Shown piece after piece: positions 47,438 through 61,589 of a stretch of DNA of 64,000 bases. The position numbers were made by a program, and so were the translations under genes. Every line of letters starts with the position of its first letter. The first letter of the stretch is position 1. The stretch comes from Elsinoe ampelina. Its lineage: Eukaryota. The DNA lies in the NCBI GenBank assembly GCA_010093995.1, contig ML992502.1, positions 124,001 to 188,000 of the forward strand, in the 5' to 3' direction. The notes under the pieces were generated by a model. The model was not told the origin of the DNA. It saw only the letters and a list, made by a program, of their open reading frames with translations, and did no database searches.

Positions 47438-48703
47438 CTACACGTACACATAACAAAACGGGCCCCCGATCGTCCGCACCAACTCCCCCAATTTCCTCCC
47501 CTGCCCCAACACCCCCAACTCCACCTCATCCTCAAGCGTCGCCTCCGCACTCGGCGGCCGATCGAACATCGTCCTCGTCCCCGCCACCACCTCCTCCCTC
47601 GACCCATCCTCCACCAGGTTCTGCCAAACCCACCACACCCGATCAATCATGGCGTGATGCAACCAAAACCACGGGTCGCCCGGGCTGGTGTAAAAATCGC
47701 CCCCCGGCGCCCCGCCGACGATGTAGTGGCCCGAGTTGTGCACCCCGTAGATACCTTCCGCGAAGATGCCCTGCATGACGCTTTGGAAGCGGGCGATGTC
47801 TTGCGCCTCCGTGATGAGGGAGACGACGTTGGCGTCGCTGGCTTGGTGCGCGGCCGAGGGGTTGAGGTCGCGGATGAGGCATTGTGGGTTGAAGCCGAGG
47901 CCGGAGGGGAGGGGGTTGGGGGTGAGGTAGGGGAGGTAGCCGGCCACGGGGCCGAGGTTGACGGTTGTGTTGGCGAAGGGGCCGGAGGTGATGCATGAGC
48001 CTCCGAGGCCGGGGGGGAAGGAGAGGGTGGTGTTGTGGGAGGTGGGGCCGAGGGTGATGCCTGGGTGGGGACGATAGGCGCCGTCGCCGCCGATGGAGGA
48101 GGGGGTGCCATCGAAGACAGGCGCGGCGATGGGGTTGGTGGAGAATTTGCTCCAATTGATGTAGGGTTGGTAGGAGGTGTAGTTGCATTCGTTACGAAGG
48201 GCTTGTTCGAAGGCCCAGGTGTAGTAGCGGTGCCAGGTCAGGAAGTTGCCGGTTTTGTGGATGGTCAAGGTCTGCTGGATGTGCTTGGATGGTGTCAGTG
48301 AAGCTTGGTCAGGTCTGGTAGGTGCCGCTTACAATTGCAACAAAGTCGTCGTATCTTGTCCGAGCACCTGGTGCAGACTCTCCTATCTTCGATGGCTTTT
48401 TCTGCAGACACAGTACTGCGTCTATCCATTGTCGTCTTTGTCGCTTTGACAGGTCATGCCTGCATTGTCAATGATTATAGCAATGGCGGAATGGCCGACG
48501 TACCATTCCCGTCGCTTGACGGCAGTCTTGTATGAGCATGTGGAGTTGCTGCCATAGGGACTGGATCCATGTCTACCAGCGACGTTCTCCAAAGCGATAT
48601 CAGCAAGTCTTTGACTTGCCGACACGTCGTCCGGTATCCATCTTGTGGTAGGTACTGCTTGGACCGAGCACGCCAAGAGTGCAAAGACGGCGACGAGATG
48701 CAT
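47438..48703 (-). CDS. Secreted tyrosinase-like di-copper oxidase (3 exons)
   Basis: Spliced product reads RREWHDLS..WIDAVLCLQKKP..RYDDFVAIHIQQTLTIHKTGNFLTWHRYY (CuA), then HNSGH and SPGDPWFWLHHAMIDRVW (CuB). Signal-peptide-like start. Confidence 0.88.
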
Positions 48704-49832
48704 GATTCAATGAGGAAAAGATTGACTTGCCATCGTTGTTCTGGAGCGTCGTCTTATGCATTAATGTTCTGCTCACAAGATTGATAATCCGGTAGCTTTA
48801 GAAACCCTAGCTCTCGTGCTGTTTCATCCATAACGTGGTAGTGGAGAGCCTTGCGTAGCAATGCAGACCCGAGTCGATCCATTGATCGCACGTGTTTACC
48901 TCATCTATCGTTGCCTTACTTTCGAGGAACCGGCATATGACTTTGCGGCGACAATGATGAAGGTCGACTGGTAGTTTAAAAGCTTCCCGAGTAGTACGCA
49001 AGTACCCAGGGCACATTCTTTTCGGCCGAACATCCTGCCGTTCGACTTGATATGCGCCACGATGTCATAGTCGAGCCTCTGAAGAAAGCATGAATGGCTA
49101 CCTGACGAAGGCTGCCTTGTGCCTGGAGACAAGCAACTCTCCAAGAAGTCCCTGGTGGAGTGTCTGGATGATCTCTCGAAGCAAATACTGTCTGGTGAGG
49201 CAACTGCGCGGAAAATGATAACAAGCCGATCCAATAATGCGCCGTGCAATCGTAGAATAATTACCAGATGTGGCATTGTGTTGACTTATCTCGTAGGGTA
49301 GTGTTCAATGATGAGATGAGTGGAACAGCGTTGAGCTTCATATGTGATACCGAGATTTTCAGGTTGTCAGTCACACCTCGAAACATACTCAATTTCTAAG
49401 GACCGCCAGTTCTAGTAGGACCTATAGTATAATAACTACCAGAACCTAGTATCCAAGTACAACTAGCCGACTTTCAGATTCGCCATTCACATCTGGTAGT
49501 ATTTGCACTAATATTCCTACCAGATGCTGACAGTTCTACAATTCTTGCCTCTCTGAGGTGTGACTGACAACCTGAAAATTGCAGTAGCCAAAGTCAACAC
49601 GGTCGTCTCAGGCTCCTTAGGGCTAAACAACCTTCGTTGCTGATTGCGTATGGTTCCGCAAGGCGATGCAGATCGAAGAAGAGGCAGCATCGTTCTATTA
49701 CGTAGATTGACCCGCCCTCTCACGGCAGAGTAGGGCAGGCATGATAGCCACACCTCTCGTCGGTATGATCCCATGCATGAGATGGAAGACATAGCGAACC
49801 ATGATTGCCATGCATGTCAGCCAACAAATTCC

Positions 49833-51376
49833 TCACTTCCTCAACCTTGAACTCCTCCTCCCACTCCTCGGCGCCCTCCCCGGCAACGGCGGCCGCAGCA
49901 CATAATCCTCCACCTCCCTATCGGGATCCATCTCCAACAACTCCCTCTCCAACGGCCACAGCGGACTCTCCGGCAACACCCTCGTGGTCACATTACTCTG
50001 CTTCGTCCTCAGCTCCCAGAAAATATCCGGCCTGCCCCCTTCCTCGGCCGGCTCGATCATCAGCTTCCAATCCTTGAGCGCGCGAGGCTGGTAGGTCCCT
50101 TTGTCGTCGATACCTGGTCCGCCGAGCTTGAGTCGCGCCCTCACGCTGGGATGGATGTACTCGTGTGTCTCGTCGAGGGGTTGGTCCGTCTCGGTGCCGG
50201 AACGGGGTTCGCGCACGAAGAAGCGACCCGGCGTGCGGTCTTCTGCGCCGCCTAGGACGTAGATGCCCGTGAAGCTGTTCCAGATTTTACCCCAGCTCCA
50301 GGGGCGGGGGCGTTCATTGTTGCGTTCGTAGTAGGTCTCGGTCTTTTCTTGCTCGTCGAGGATGTAGTCCAGGTCCATGTCCAGAAGTTCGCGGACTTGG
50401 CTCATCATCCATGCGAGTGTTATGTTGGCTAGTTCTTGGTCGTCGTAGCCGCCGCCGATGTTGCTGTGTACGCCGGGGAACCATACCTGCCGCAGACGGG
50501 TCTTGTTGTCTCGGGCTTTCTCCCAGATTGCTGGAGCGAAGGCGGCGCGGCGTTCGTCGAGGGCGAGAGCCTGGAAGGCATTCTCGATGCAGTTGGCGAG
50601 TTTGGTGTCGTAGAAGGACATCTCTCGACTAGCAGTGCCTTGTAGACCGACTTTCTCAAGCCAGCCAATGCGAGGGGTGCCGAGAGCGCCGACGGTATCC
50701 CACACGCCAACGGCTTTGACAGACACTCCTAGAGTGGTGTAGCCTCGGCGGCGGAGTTCAGACTTGTAGCGTGGATCATTCGCAGAGGGCTTGTTTCGGA
50801 AGGGCTTGTTGGGTTGAGCAGGCTGATAGTCTGGATTTCGACGGTTCATCACGTCTTTGTAGATTTCTGGTAGGTACTGGTGACCCTCTTTTGAGAGCAC
50901 CCCGATTTCGTCGATCAGACCGGCGATAGCACGGGCAGTGAATGCGCCGCGCGAGAAGCCGAAGAGAAAGATCTCGTCGCCACGTTGGTAGTTATTGCAG
51001 ATGAAGCCGTATGCTTCGCGTACCATTTCGGCTAGGCCTTCACCAGTGATGCCGCCGTAGAGGCGGTCAACGAGTCCACCATGAGAGCCAACACCGTGAC
51101 TGTAATAGACAACTTGCTTGATGCCATACTCGCTTTGAGGCTTGATCGCTCTACCGATCCGTGTCACATTTGATGGGTTTTCTTTGCCCGACTTGCGCGG
51201 ACTCTCGTCCGAATTCAGCCATGTCCCTGTCATGCAGATTAGTCCGAGCTCAAAATTATACGATTCCGTCCATACGAACCATCTGCACAGATGATGATGC
51301 GCTTAAAGTCTTCAGGCTGGTCAATTTCACTAGGTGCTACGCGTGAGCCTTGACCGACACTCCGAGCGCGGATCAT
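49833..51376 (-). CDS. DUF2235 (Tle1-like alpha/beta hydrolase) protein; intron 51227-51279
   Basis: Splicing gives KRIIICADGTW. Also SNVTRI, YYSHGVG, FGFSRGAFTAR, GVWDTVGALG, ALALDERR, QVWFPGVHSNIGGG. Confidence 0.9.
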
Positions 51377-51771
51377 GAGACGACGGTGGAAGGGACAGAG
51401 GGGTTGCTGAGAGTGAAATGGCGATGCGGCTCGGCGGAGGGCTGGCGATCAGGGTCTTCTGAGGTGAATACTGCATTGCCAGGCCTGAGTTGAAGACTGC
51501 TGAATGTGCGGATTACCTTTGTGGTTTCTTCGGACGTTGAGGGTAGAGTGAAGCATAAGGCCAGGTGATTGACATGCTCACTTGGCGGTGCCTGGCGTGC
51601 AAGTGGATGTGGCTGAAACCTCTTTCATTGGTCACGAGCTTTGGGCATCACGCGACGAAGTACACATTGCACTCTTGAATGTAGTTGTGGTATATTACAT
51701 GAAGAATGGCATCGTGAACCGTAACGACATGGATGAGCAAGTGCACAACACCAAATTTGTCATGCTTCATC

Positions 51772-52956
51772 TTAGGTCGTGGTTGCATCCACAGCTGTGC
51801 CACTCTCCGAAGTGTCCTGTGCTGACTCCTCATTCGCCTTCTGAGCCGCCATTTGCCATGCTGGGATCTTCGCGCGTCCATTCAATCTTGCACTGTACGG
51901 ACTAGCCGCCGCAGATCTTGCTGGCGTTTGCGAAGCGGAAAGGGAGTGATCGCCATTCTGCTCGACAGAAGCGCCATTCGTGATACCCGCAGTAGGAGGG
52001 GCTGGGAATGCAGAGGCGGTAGCACTACCATTCATTGCTGGAGTCGTTGGATTCTCGAAAGATGTAGACACTTGAGGTTGCTGAGGCTGAGGTGCTCGAC
52101 CTGGGTTCACCCGGTTCGCAATCAACGTTTTGAGACTCTGCATCTCTTTTGCCAACTCCTTCAATCTTGTGTCCGCGCTCTCTTCCTGGGCCTTGATGGC
52201 CTTTGGTATCAGGTCACGGAGGGACCGGACTTCATCATTCGTACGTCTCACTTCCTCATCTCTCCGTCGCGTCGCATCTTTCATATATGTAATGACAGAT
52301 TCAACCTCGGTGAGTGCAACATCCAGTCTCTCTGTCCTTGACTTTTCCGAAGCTTTGAGTTCCTCTGTGTCCGTGCTGAGCTGTTCGAGGAGTGCAAACG
52401 CCTTGTCGAATGAAGCGTCGATGCTTGCCTTGTCTTGCTCCAGTTGGGGCGGCGTCGGTGGTGCAATGACAGGGTAGATGTATCGTTTGGCCAGAACATA
52501 GGCGCCATATCCTACTCCTCCTACGACTGTTGCCATGATGAACCAATCTCGCCAATCGCGTCGCGGTGCCTCTGGAGGTGGCGGCGGTTGCCAGTAGCCA
52601 TTGGGATAGTTGCCGTACCCTCCTCCACCTTGCCGATACTGTTGTGGCGGATAGTTGTAGCCCTGAGTTCCTTGTGATGGGCTTGAGGGTGCGACGCTCT
52701 CCGATCCGACTCGTTGTAATGAGACATCAATCTCTTCTTGTGTGAGGTTCTTCGATTTGAGGAAGGCGATGCGTTGTTCAAGCGGTGCCGACGCTACGCT
52801 CGGATCTTGGAGGACTAGTGACATGATCAGTATCGCATCTTCGGTAAAGAAGCGGATGATCTAACAGGATACCTGCAATCGTGATTAGCTTCTATTACCA
52901 ATACTACTCGCCGGCGCACTACTTACAGCTCCACTGATGAGGTCCTCCCGGACCAT
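51772..52956 (-). CDS. PEX14: Peroxin Pex14; exons 52956-52927, 52872-52866, 52814-51772
   Basis: Spliced N-terminus [42 protein letters not shown], then RDWRDWFIMA, a hydrophobic segment, a coiled coil and C-terminal IPAWQ. Confidence 0.93.
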
Positions 52957-53372
52957 GGCTGCTTTGGTCGACGCAGATGCGCATCAACAAGCTAGGTCGT
53001 ATCGCAGAGGTTGAGAGTACTGTTGCAAATGTGAGGTTGAACAAATGCAGGGATGCTTGCCAGAATGCTTCGAGCAGAGCAAAAGATGGCTGGCACCTGG
53101 TCATCAACCGGCGCCCTCGGTCAACCTCGGCTTCTCGTGATGCTTGGCATTGCGGAGGACCTGCTTCGTAGCTTAGGATAACGTGCACCGTACGTCGAAG
53201 CTCGGGCCCTGACAACCGTTTATCCGTTTGTTTACTCGAGGTTTGGCGCGCATACCGACTTTCATAAATCTTGAATAGTACAACTCGTCGGCGCATTCGA
53301 CATTCGGCGTCGCATCATCGATATCGCACTTGAGCAAGGATAATCCGAGATAGCTTACCGTTCCTACTCATC

Positions 53373-55688
53373 ATGGCGCAAGACGCGCATCTCTTCTCGG
53401 TGCGTCGCCCGCGCGAGACACTCGGATCCATCAGCAACAATGTCTCCGCTATACCTATGCCACCCTCTGCCATGAAGCGCTCGAACTCGATAGGCCATAT
53501 TCAGCAAGTGCCAGGAACAGCGCAACACAAGCGGTCAACATCAGGATCTAGAATGTCCCTTGCGCCAGGTCGACCAAACCAGCCAGTCTTTGGAAGGTCT
53601 TCATCGGGAAACAATCTGGCAGACTTTGGTCTTTCGACTGTGCAGCGAGCGTCCTCTCAAAATTTGCTCGCAAGTACCGGTCGAAAGAGTCTGATGCCGG
53701 GAAGCTTCTCACTTGCGACGTCTACACCAGGACCATCACAGCAGTCGTCACAAGACACGCAGCGGAGATCGTCAGTGTACAATTCGCGTCCTTCGGTCGG
53801 TCATGGCCCGACAGCACATCAGTCGTTCTTTGCGACTGCACCACCTCAGACTGGTATGCCCGTTGATCCGCGACGACTCAAGGACCCATCAACGCGCGCT
53901 CAAATGGGCCAGGAGATCATGGAGTTCCTCACACAGCGCAATTTTGAGTTGGATATGAAGCATACCCTCACGCACAAGACAATGACATCTCCAACACAGA
54001 AGGACTTCAACCTTGTCTTTCAGTTTCTTTACCATTGTATCGATCCAGCCTACCGGTTTCAGAAAAACATTGATGCTGAAGTCCCTCCACTACTCAAGCA
54101 AATGCGCTATCCGTTTGAAAAGAACATCTCAAAGTCGCAGCTTGCTGCTGTGGGTGGGAACAATTGGTCGACGTTTCTGGGACTGCTGCACTGGATGATG
54201 CAACTTGCAAAGATGATGGAGGCATACGCGGTTGGACAATTCGACGACGCTTGCGCAGAAGCAGGATTCGATGTTGCGGCAGATCGAATCACGTTCCAGT
54301 TCCTCAGCGATGCATATCGGACGTGGCTTTCCGTGGAGGACGACGAAGAGGATGAGGAGGAAGCGCAGAAGCTCATACAGCCCCATGTCGAAGCCATGGC
54401 CGCAGCTTTCGAGGCCGCCAATAGTGCCAATCTGGAACAGCTCAAGCTACTGGAAGAGGAGGGACGAGAGCTACAGAAGCAGATCGATGATCTGGGCAAA
54501 AGTGCGCCACGATTAGCGAAGCTTGACGAGCAGATCAAAGTGTTGGAGGAAGATCGTGGCAAGTTTGAGAACTACAATATGAGCATGGAAGGAAAGGTGG
54601 AGAAGTATGAGCATCGTGCGAAGGTGCTGGACGAGGAAATTGCGAAGATCGAAGCAGAGCTCCAAGAAGCAGACGAGGAGCGAAGAGCACTCCAGGATGC
54701 TGTGGACAGGCAAGGGCTCTCTGTACAGGACATTGACCGCATGAACACCGAAAGGAAGAGGCTACAGACGGGCGTCGAGACTGCTGCAGCCAGATTGGAC
54801 GAGTGTAGGGAAGCTGTCGGGCAGCGAGAAGCAGAGACTGGCCAGAAGCTGGAAGAGCTCGAAGACGCCGTGTCAAAGTACAACTCACTGGGCTACCAGA
54901 TCGGTATCATCCCGTCAGACGCGCCCAACGCAAAGGGCAACCAATACGAGCTTCTTCTGACAGTAAACCGCGGGCCAGAGTTCGGTAGCTCTCAGATGGG
55001 CGGATCGCAGAGTCAAGAATCCGACAGACTGCTTGCTGATGCTGGCAACGGATACCAACCACATCACCTCCTGAACCTCGACCTCCGAGGATCTGTTAAG
55101 AGCAACATCCTCTCTCTTCGCAAGGAGGTCAGTGAGCGACGAACCAACGCTTTCGAGCAAGACATGAACAACCACGAGCTACTCGACAAGATCAAAGAAG
55201 CCATCGACGACAAGCAGGCTGAAGTCGAGACACTCGGTCACCGCGTCCGCGCAGCCGAGCAAGAGTTCGAAAGCACCAAGGAGACCACAAATGCGCAAAA
55301 GATGAAGTCTGATGCTCAAATCGAGAAGATGGAGAAGGAGCTGCAACGCATGCGATCCGGTCTCACGGAAAGTGTCCAGCTCATGGAACAGCGCGAGATG
55401 AATACCAACCTCGAGTAAGCCCTCCCCTTCTCCCTCTGCCTCCTCCCAGCATCCTCCTAACAACCTCACAGATACGAACAACTCACGCTCAAATCCGCCA
55501 CCCTGCGAGAAGAACTCCACACCGAGCTCGAGAAGATGCTCAACGACATTATCAAGTTCAAAGTCCACGTGCAGACTAGTCTCGAGGGCTACGAGGAATT
55601 TGTCGCGCAGGAGGTGGAGGCTGAGTGCGAGGAGCAAGAAGCTGCTGAGGCTGCCGAGATGGCAGGGGAAGAAGGGGGGGAGGCGTGA
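53373..55688 (+). CDS. NDC80: Kinetochore protein Ndc80/Hec1; intron 55415-55471
   Basis: [50 protein letters not shown] (HEC1 CH domain), followed by a long coiled coil. A GTAAGC..CTAAC..CAG intron extends the frame to TGA at 55688. Confidence 0.93.
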
Positions 55689-56473
55689 GGTGGTTCGTGG
55701 AGATGGATATGATTGATGATGAGCGATGGAATTTTTGTGATTGGATCAAGGAGGAGCGATGATACCACTATCTTTTTTGTGTAATGACATATTGCTTGAG
55801 ATGCATGTGGTGTTTTGGATCTACTGCTAGTGCACGGTGATGGATAAGCAGTGTTGCGTGTGACCTCTTGTGCGTACATGTACGAAGATGCCATCCTGAG
55901 AGTAGCTGTGTGCTACATGCTAGCGAGCAAAGGCTTCCAATCCGTCACTGGCTTCTCTTTGCGAGAGTCCGACGAACACAGGAGCGACTGCTTTGAAAGC
56001 ATTGCTGAAGCGCTGCTTGTCCAGCCCTGGCTGAACCACGATGGAGATGCGCTGGAGCCGCCGGGTGTGAGGTCGACTGTGATCATCTGGAGTGAAGAGG
56101 GGTTGTGGGGGTATAAAAGTGTGGCTGGATTTGGGCGTGTTCGTGGGAAGGGTTTGGTGTGTACAATACATACACAGGACACTGCAATGCTATGAGGGCA
56201 TATTTCGCTAAGCCAATGCTTGGAAAAGTCCCAATCGCCCGATCTATGCCTCAGGCAGTGGGGTGATATGCATGTATTGCAGACTTCACCTGCGCGACGA
56301 CAGAGGGGTCCCGTCCAGCGATGCTGATGGAAGATGCACAGGACGGCAAAGGACGAAGTTGAGTTACTACCACATGCACTGCACGCTGGCACCCTACACA
56401 TCCACCGACTCCAATCTCGAACGCACGCGGCGATCAACCACTCAAGTCTGTATGGAAAACGCTCCACCACCCA

Positions 56474-58162
56474 TCACACCTTCCCCCCCTGCCTCTGACT
56501 CAACGGCCCCTGCGGAAAATCCAACACATCCGGCACCTCGACCCTCCCCCCCTTCGCCTCCCTCATGGCCCTCACCTTCTCCCTCGGGGTAAACACCAAA
56601 TCACACCTATCATGCCTAGAGCGATACCCATTCGCCTCAAACGGAGCCATCTTGTCCGGCGTCGTCTCCGGCGCCAACGTGATGCGGAACTGCCTGAACG
56701 TCGCCACGAGAATCAACCGCATCTGGTACGTCGCCATGTTGCCCCCCGGACACCTGCGCGCGCCCACCCCGAACGGCACCAGCAGGCGTCGTTTCTCGGC
56801 CACGTTTTCGTCGTCCAGCCAGCGGCGTGGGTTGTAGCTGTCGAAATCCGGGAAGAGGTCCGGGCGCTGGCGGCTCATGGAGAGGGATTGGGTCGTGACG
56901 ACGGTGCCGGCGGGGAGGTAGTGGCCTAGGATCTCGAGGCCGCCGGCGGGGACGAGGCGGCTGCCGGTGAGGGCGACGGGGGGCCGGAAGCGGAGGCCTT
57001 CTTTGATGCAGGCGTCGAGGAACTTGAGGGAGTCGAGGTCGGTGTAGCCGTCGTGGGAGGAGATTTCGTCGTAGAGGTCTTGTTGGAGGGATTGGTTCTT
57101 GGCGAGCTCGTAGTAGATGAAGGCGAGGGCCGAGGAGGTGGTTTCGGTGGCCGCGAGAACTGGATGTAAGGGTCAGTAAGATTATCTTCGTGATACCGCC
57201 GACGTGAACATACCCTGGCCGGCCATCTCGGCGCCAATCTCCGAGTCGGACCACTCCTGCGTGGGATATTTGGCATCGGTATCGGTGAAGAGCTTGTAAA
57301 TGCTTGGATCTTCTTCAAAGGTGGAATTCCCTTGAGCCTTTGCCGCTTGTTTGCACAGATCATCGCCCAGTTGGAATAATTTGTCGCTAGAACGCACGCG
57401 GAAGCTAGCGTGGGAGAACGGACTCCATTGGAGCCAGGTGAAGAGCCATTCTGGCAGGCAAAGCCGCCAAACTACCAGAAAGTTGTATTCGCCAACGACG
57501 TGCGGGAACGTGGTGGCGTCCAGGTCGACTACTGAACCTCCCATGATGACTTGTGAGTTCTTCAGAGTACAGATACGAAGGTGCCAGACGATATCCTCGG
57601 ACTTTTCTCCTTCGGATCGGCCGAGGTTGTGGACCATCTCCTCGATGTGCTTGACAAAGACGTCGTGTCGGAGCTTGAGATTCTTGGTGGTAGTGGCGAT
57701 CATGACTGGATGGCGGCGTTGTCGGGCGATTGGGTGCTGTGGGTACGTCACTGTCCAGTCGTGGCCACCAACGCGGAGAGCGCGAATGGACGTTGGGGAC
57801 GTATCAAGATCCTTCCTGATGAAGACCTTTTCTACAGCCTCTGGATCGTTGAGGATGACGAGGTTGGGAGCGATCCTGACGATTGGCCCGTATTTTGCCA
57901 TGAGGGCATCTGCCTCGAAGGACAGTCTCCCGTGCCATCTCTGCCATCTGATCCAGAGGGAGGTCGCCGAGCTATGCCAGGGGCCAGGAATGGATCGAAG
58001 AGGGCCGAGATTGGCACGATAGATCATAGTACCAGCTCGGAATAGTACCGAGGAGGCCAGGACAGCCCAAAGCAGTTCCCAGCGGAAGCCATCTCGGACA
58101 TCGAGTTGTGTCTGCGGCGAGGGAACGCCGAAGAGGATCGAGCTTGAGTTGTCAAAATTCAT
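56474..58162 (-). CDS. Cytochrome P450; intron 57160-57213
   Basis: KYGPIVRIAPN, I-helix LAATETTS after splicing, K-helix KEGLR, YNPRRW and heme motif PFGVGARRCPG. Confidence 0.92.
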
Positions 58163-59350
58163 GGTCGAGCAATGTCTTCCAAACGTCAACAACGCAGTGC
58201 ATGCACAAGTGACGGGACAGAACACCATTTATGTCTGACGAGGGAAATCATGTCGTCGGGATCTGCGGTATTCAACCATCGGCGGTGTTGTCTAGGGCTG
58301 CATATGCCATCGCCTCCGGTAGTAAGAAATGTATCTTCAGCACGTATCCCTCGTCGTATGTCGATGAGGAACGCATCACACCTACCAGACATTTTGATAC
58401 GACGCATCCATTGCCTTGATAGCGAGACAGTAGCGTCGCCGACATGTGGTTGTATGCCAAAGAGTGACTCCTCGCATGCCATCAAAGTCTTCGTGGGTAG
58501 GTGGAATGGGGTGCTAGGTCAGATTTGTCGAATTGATTGCACTGGATTGGACGAGCGTGAAGTGCCCTAAACGGGACTTTCCTCTCATCGAAGACAGAGT
58601 CATGCCAAGGTGCTTGAAGGGACATCCACGTTGCGTGTGGCGTATGTGGTAGGATCAGGGCGTTATGATTCGCTCGTCCAGTCCGCAAGGTTACCTCCGG
58701 CCTCCTGTTCCATTGCAACATTTACTCTTGGATGAAGGGTCGTAGATAGACTGCTGCAAAAGGGCTGATAGTGCGTGCACAATACACGCAGGAGGGAATA
58801 GTCTGAAGTGATCTGTGACACGGGCCTGCTACAGTACAAGCGCAGCATCGACTCACTATCGTGCCGATGTGGTGTCACGATCGCGACTCGTATGACTGAC
58901 CGCCGGTTGTGCCGGTGAGTTCCACTCACTGATACGGAGGTGTGCGAGGTCGTTTCGGCGTCTTCCTGAGTTGGGTGGATGGGAAAAATTGCGCCAGGAA
59001 TGGAAAGCCCCCGAACTTGACACGCGAATTGTCACTACGTAAGCAGATTGGACATTCCAATTGGTCAGACTGCGGCTCTCTCGACGACTGCCCGATCGAG
59101 CTAGCGGCGGTCAGGGCCGCACTTCGCCTCGCTCGGGCACAGCCATTCCCTTGATTGGTCAGAATTGCTCCAAAACTTGAAGTTGACAAGCTGTGACGTT
59201 GTTGAGCTCGGCAACGTCTTTTCGGCTTCAAGTTCCGTTTGGCGTGTGACAGACGTTTTGCATGTGACAGACGCGCTTGACAACAGGTCGCGTCTCCTAT
59301 CCATCACCACACAATGTAGTTGATCCTTGTACATCTCTTCGCCAGTCACA

Positions 59351-60855
59351 ATGGCACGAAGAGACGCAGACCAAGACAATGCGCAGTCGCAGAGACCGCT
59401 TGTGCGACTCTACCACACCATACTGGCACGTAAATGCACTCAACACGCTCAAAGCATGGCTAATCGGTGATACAGGACAAGCTCCTTCTACCCGTCCGGC
59501 TTCTCACCTCCAAATTCGCTCTTCGCGCATACCTGACCTCGATCCTCTTCTTCATCACAGGCCTGCTGCTCTTTGCTTTCGCGGTGATCGCGTACGTCCT
59601 ATTCTACTGGTCGTACGTCCCACGCATCGGCTTCTCAAGAGATGTTCACCTTCAATATGATCCAATGCCTGTCGAGTGCCGCGCATATCTGGGAAGCGCG
59701 AATCCTTACTCGACCCCGTATCTGCCGCCATTGACAGGCGCTACACCTCCGCCACAGAGAAAGAGCGAGCTCACGGCGTCATTATCTACAAGATGCGCCG
59801 GGACACCTTCACCCTGGGGAACAGCGCCGGTTTCTCCAGAAGTCATCTCTCAGCAAGCTTATGATGTTGTCGTCGAGCTCACCATGCCACTCACTCCGCT
59901 CAACACTGAGGCTGGCAACTTCATGATTGACGCCCGCTTCCTCTCATCCCCAGCGCCCACCGAGTCTCTGCCCAAATACATCAACGACTACGACCCATTC
60001 TCTCCTCCGCCATCCACAGCCACCGACCTGGACGTTGAGCGTCCACTTGCTCACGCTCGCCGACCTGCGCTCATCCCCTATCACCCGCCTCTCATCTCCC
60101 TCTTCTCTTCATTCACTGCACTTCCACGATACGTCCTCGGCCTGCCGACCTCAACAACCACCCTCCGCGTGCCACTATTCACCCAAGTCTCCTTCCCACG
60201 CGGCCGCCGCGCCGTCCCTTCTTCCATTCACATCCAACTCCAAAACCCTTCCGGCGTCCAGCTCCAGGTCTACACCCTAAAAGTACATTTCCGCGCCCGC
60301 TTCTCCGGCCTGCGGTACCTGATGTACAACTTCCGCACCGCCTCCGGAATAGCTTTCATATTGTCATTCTTCTTCATGGAAGTTGTGACAGCTCTCGGCA
60401 TCTACGGATTCCTGTCATTCGTTGTCTTCGGAGGAGATCGCCCCGAAGGTCAGAAGACAATCAAGGATGACCCTTCAGCCGACGACAGCGAGACGGCCAT
60501 CAAAGACGAAGAGACCGAAACTGAGGGGATGAGTACCACTGAGCGGACATTCCCCTCATATGGAGGCGGGATGGCAATGAGATACTCCCAGCCTGCCGTC
60601 AAGCGGGAAGGGGAAGCAAGCAAGTCGGCAGTGATCGAGGGGCTGGGCGGGCTGACCAACATGACGCCCGGTCCAGGTGGAGAGGCCGACGATGAAGACG
60701 ATGAGGATGCGGATTTTGTACTGGATGATACGGAGAGGTGGAGGGACAGTGGGCTCGGGACGAGTATGGAGAGTGGGAGGGAGAGGACCGCAGGGGTCAG
60801 GAGGCGGAAGAGTGGTCCCGGGAGTAGACCTGGGAGTAGAGGTGGTGGAAGATGA
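59351..60855 (+). CDS. Seipin (BSCL2/Fld1-like lipid-droplet protein); first exon/donor uncertain, main exon from ~59476
   Basis: TM1, YWSYVPRIGFSRDVHLQY, QAYDVVVELTMP.TP.N.EAGNFM, F.ARFSGLRYLMYNF, TM2 and an acidic tail with DSGLGTS. Confidence 0.85.
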
Positions 60856-61589
60856 GGACAAATGGTGTGGTGTTGAGATTATGACCTGCATGAGGAACGA
60901 TTGCTACTTTGCTGCGTTGTTGGGGACGGGTCACCAAAGCTGCTTGATAGAGCGTTACTCTCAACACTGCTGTTTACGATGCTCCTCCCGGTTCCATTCA
61001 TCTTCTCGACCACGATATTTCGTGGTGTCAGGACATGTCCTTGTTCAGCCCAACAGACTGAAAGCAAGTGTCGGGCTGTACACCTCGCTCTGCAAACCTC
61101 GCCATCAGCGATGATCAATGGCAATCGTACTGCTGTTATTTACCTTGTATCAATGACAGCTCGTGGACCTGCACCGCCCTCACCCGCGGCCAGGATAGCA
61201 CCAACGACCACGAGATCGCACGTAATCAACAGGAGCACCCTGGTGAGCCCGATGTCGTCAAGGACCAAGATCAGCGGCCCATCCTTGCTACTCCTCACGA
61301 GCGACGGCCTCTGGCGCAAATGTACAATTCAAGAAGCCGTGCATCTAGTTGCAGGACACCAAGCGTCGAGGTCGTCGACGAGACTGCATGTCGGCCACCA
61401 TCCAGCCAGCACCCGGTCAGGTGGGTCGACTTGGAGGCTCTCAATCACATTCGATCATAGACACAGCGACAGCGACAGCGACGGCTAGAGCCCCACGCAA
61501 TGCAATTCCCATGACGCGACATCACTCGCACTCTGCTGGCCCAGATTCGACGACACAGGCATTACGGTACTCCAACGCAACACCTAGCA

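Noticed and set aside
43162..58162. Secondary-metabolite cluster from tyrosinase, P450, DUF2235 and CE8
   Set aside because: No backbone enzyme, precursor peptide or transporter is visible, and the genes are interspersed with PEX14 and NDC80.
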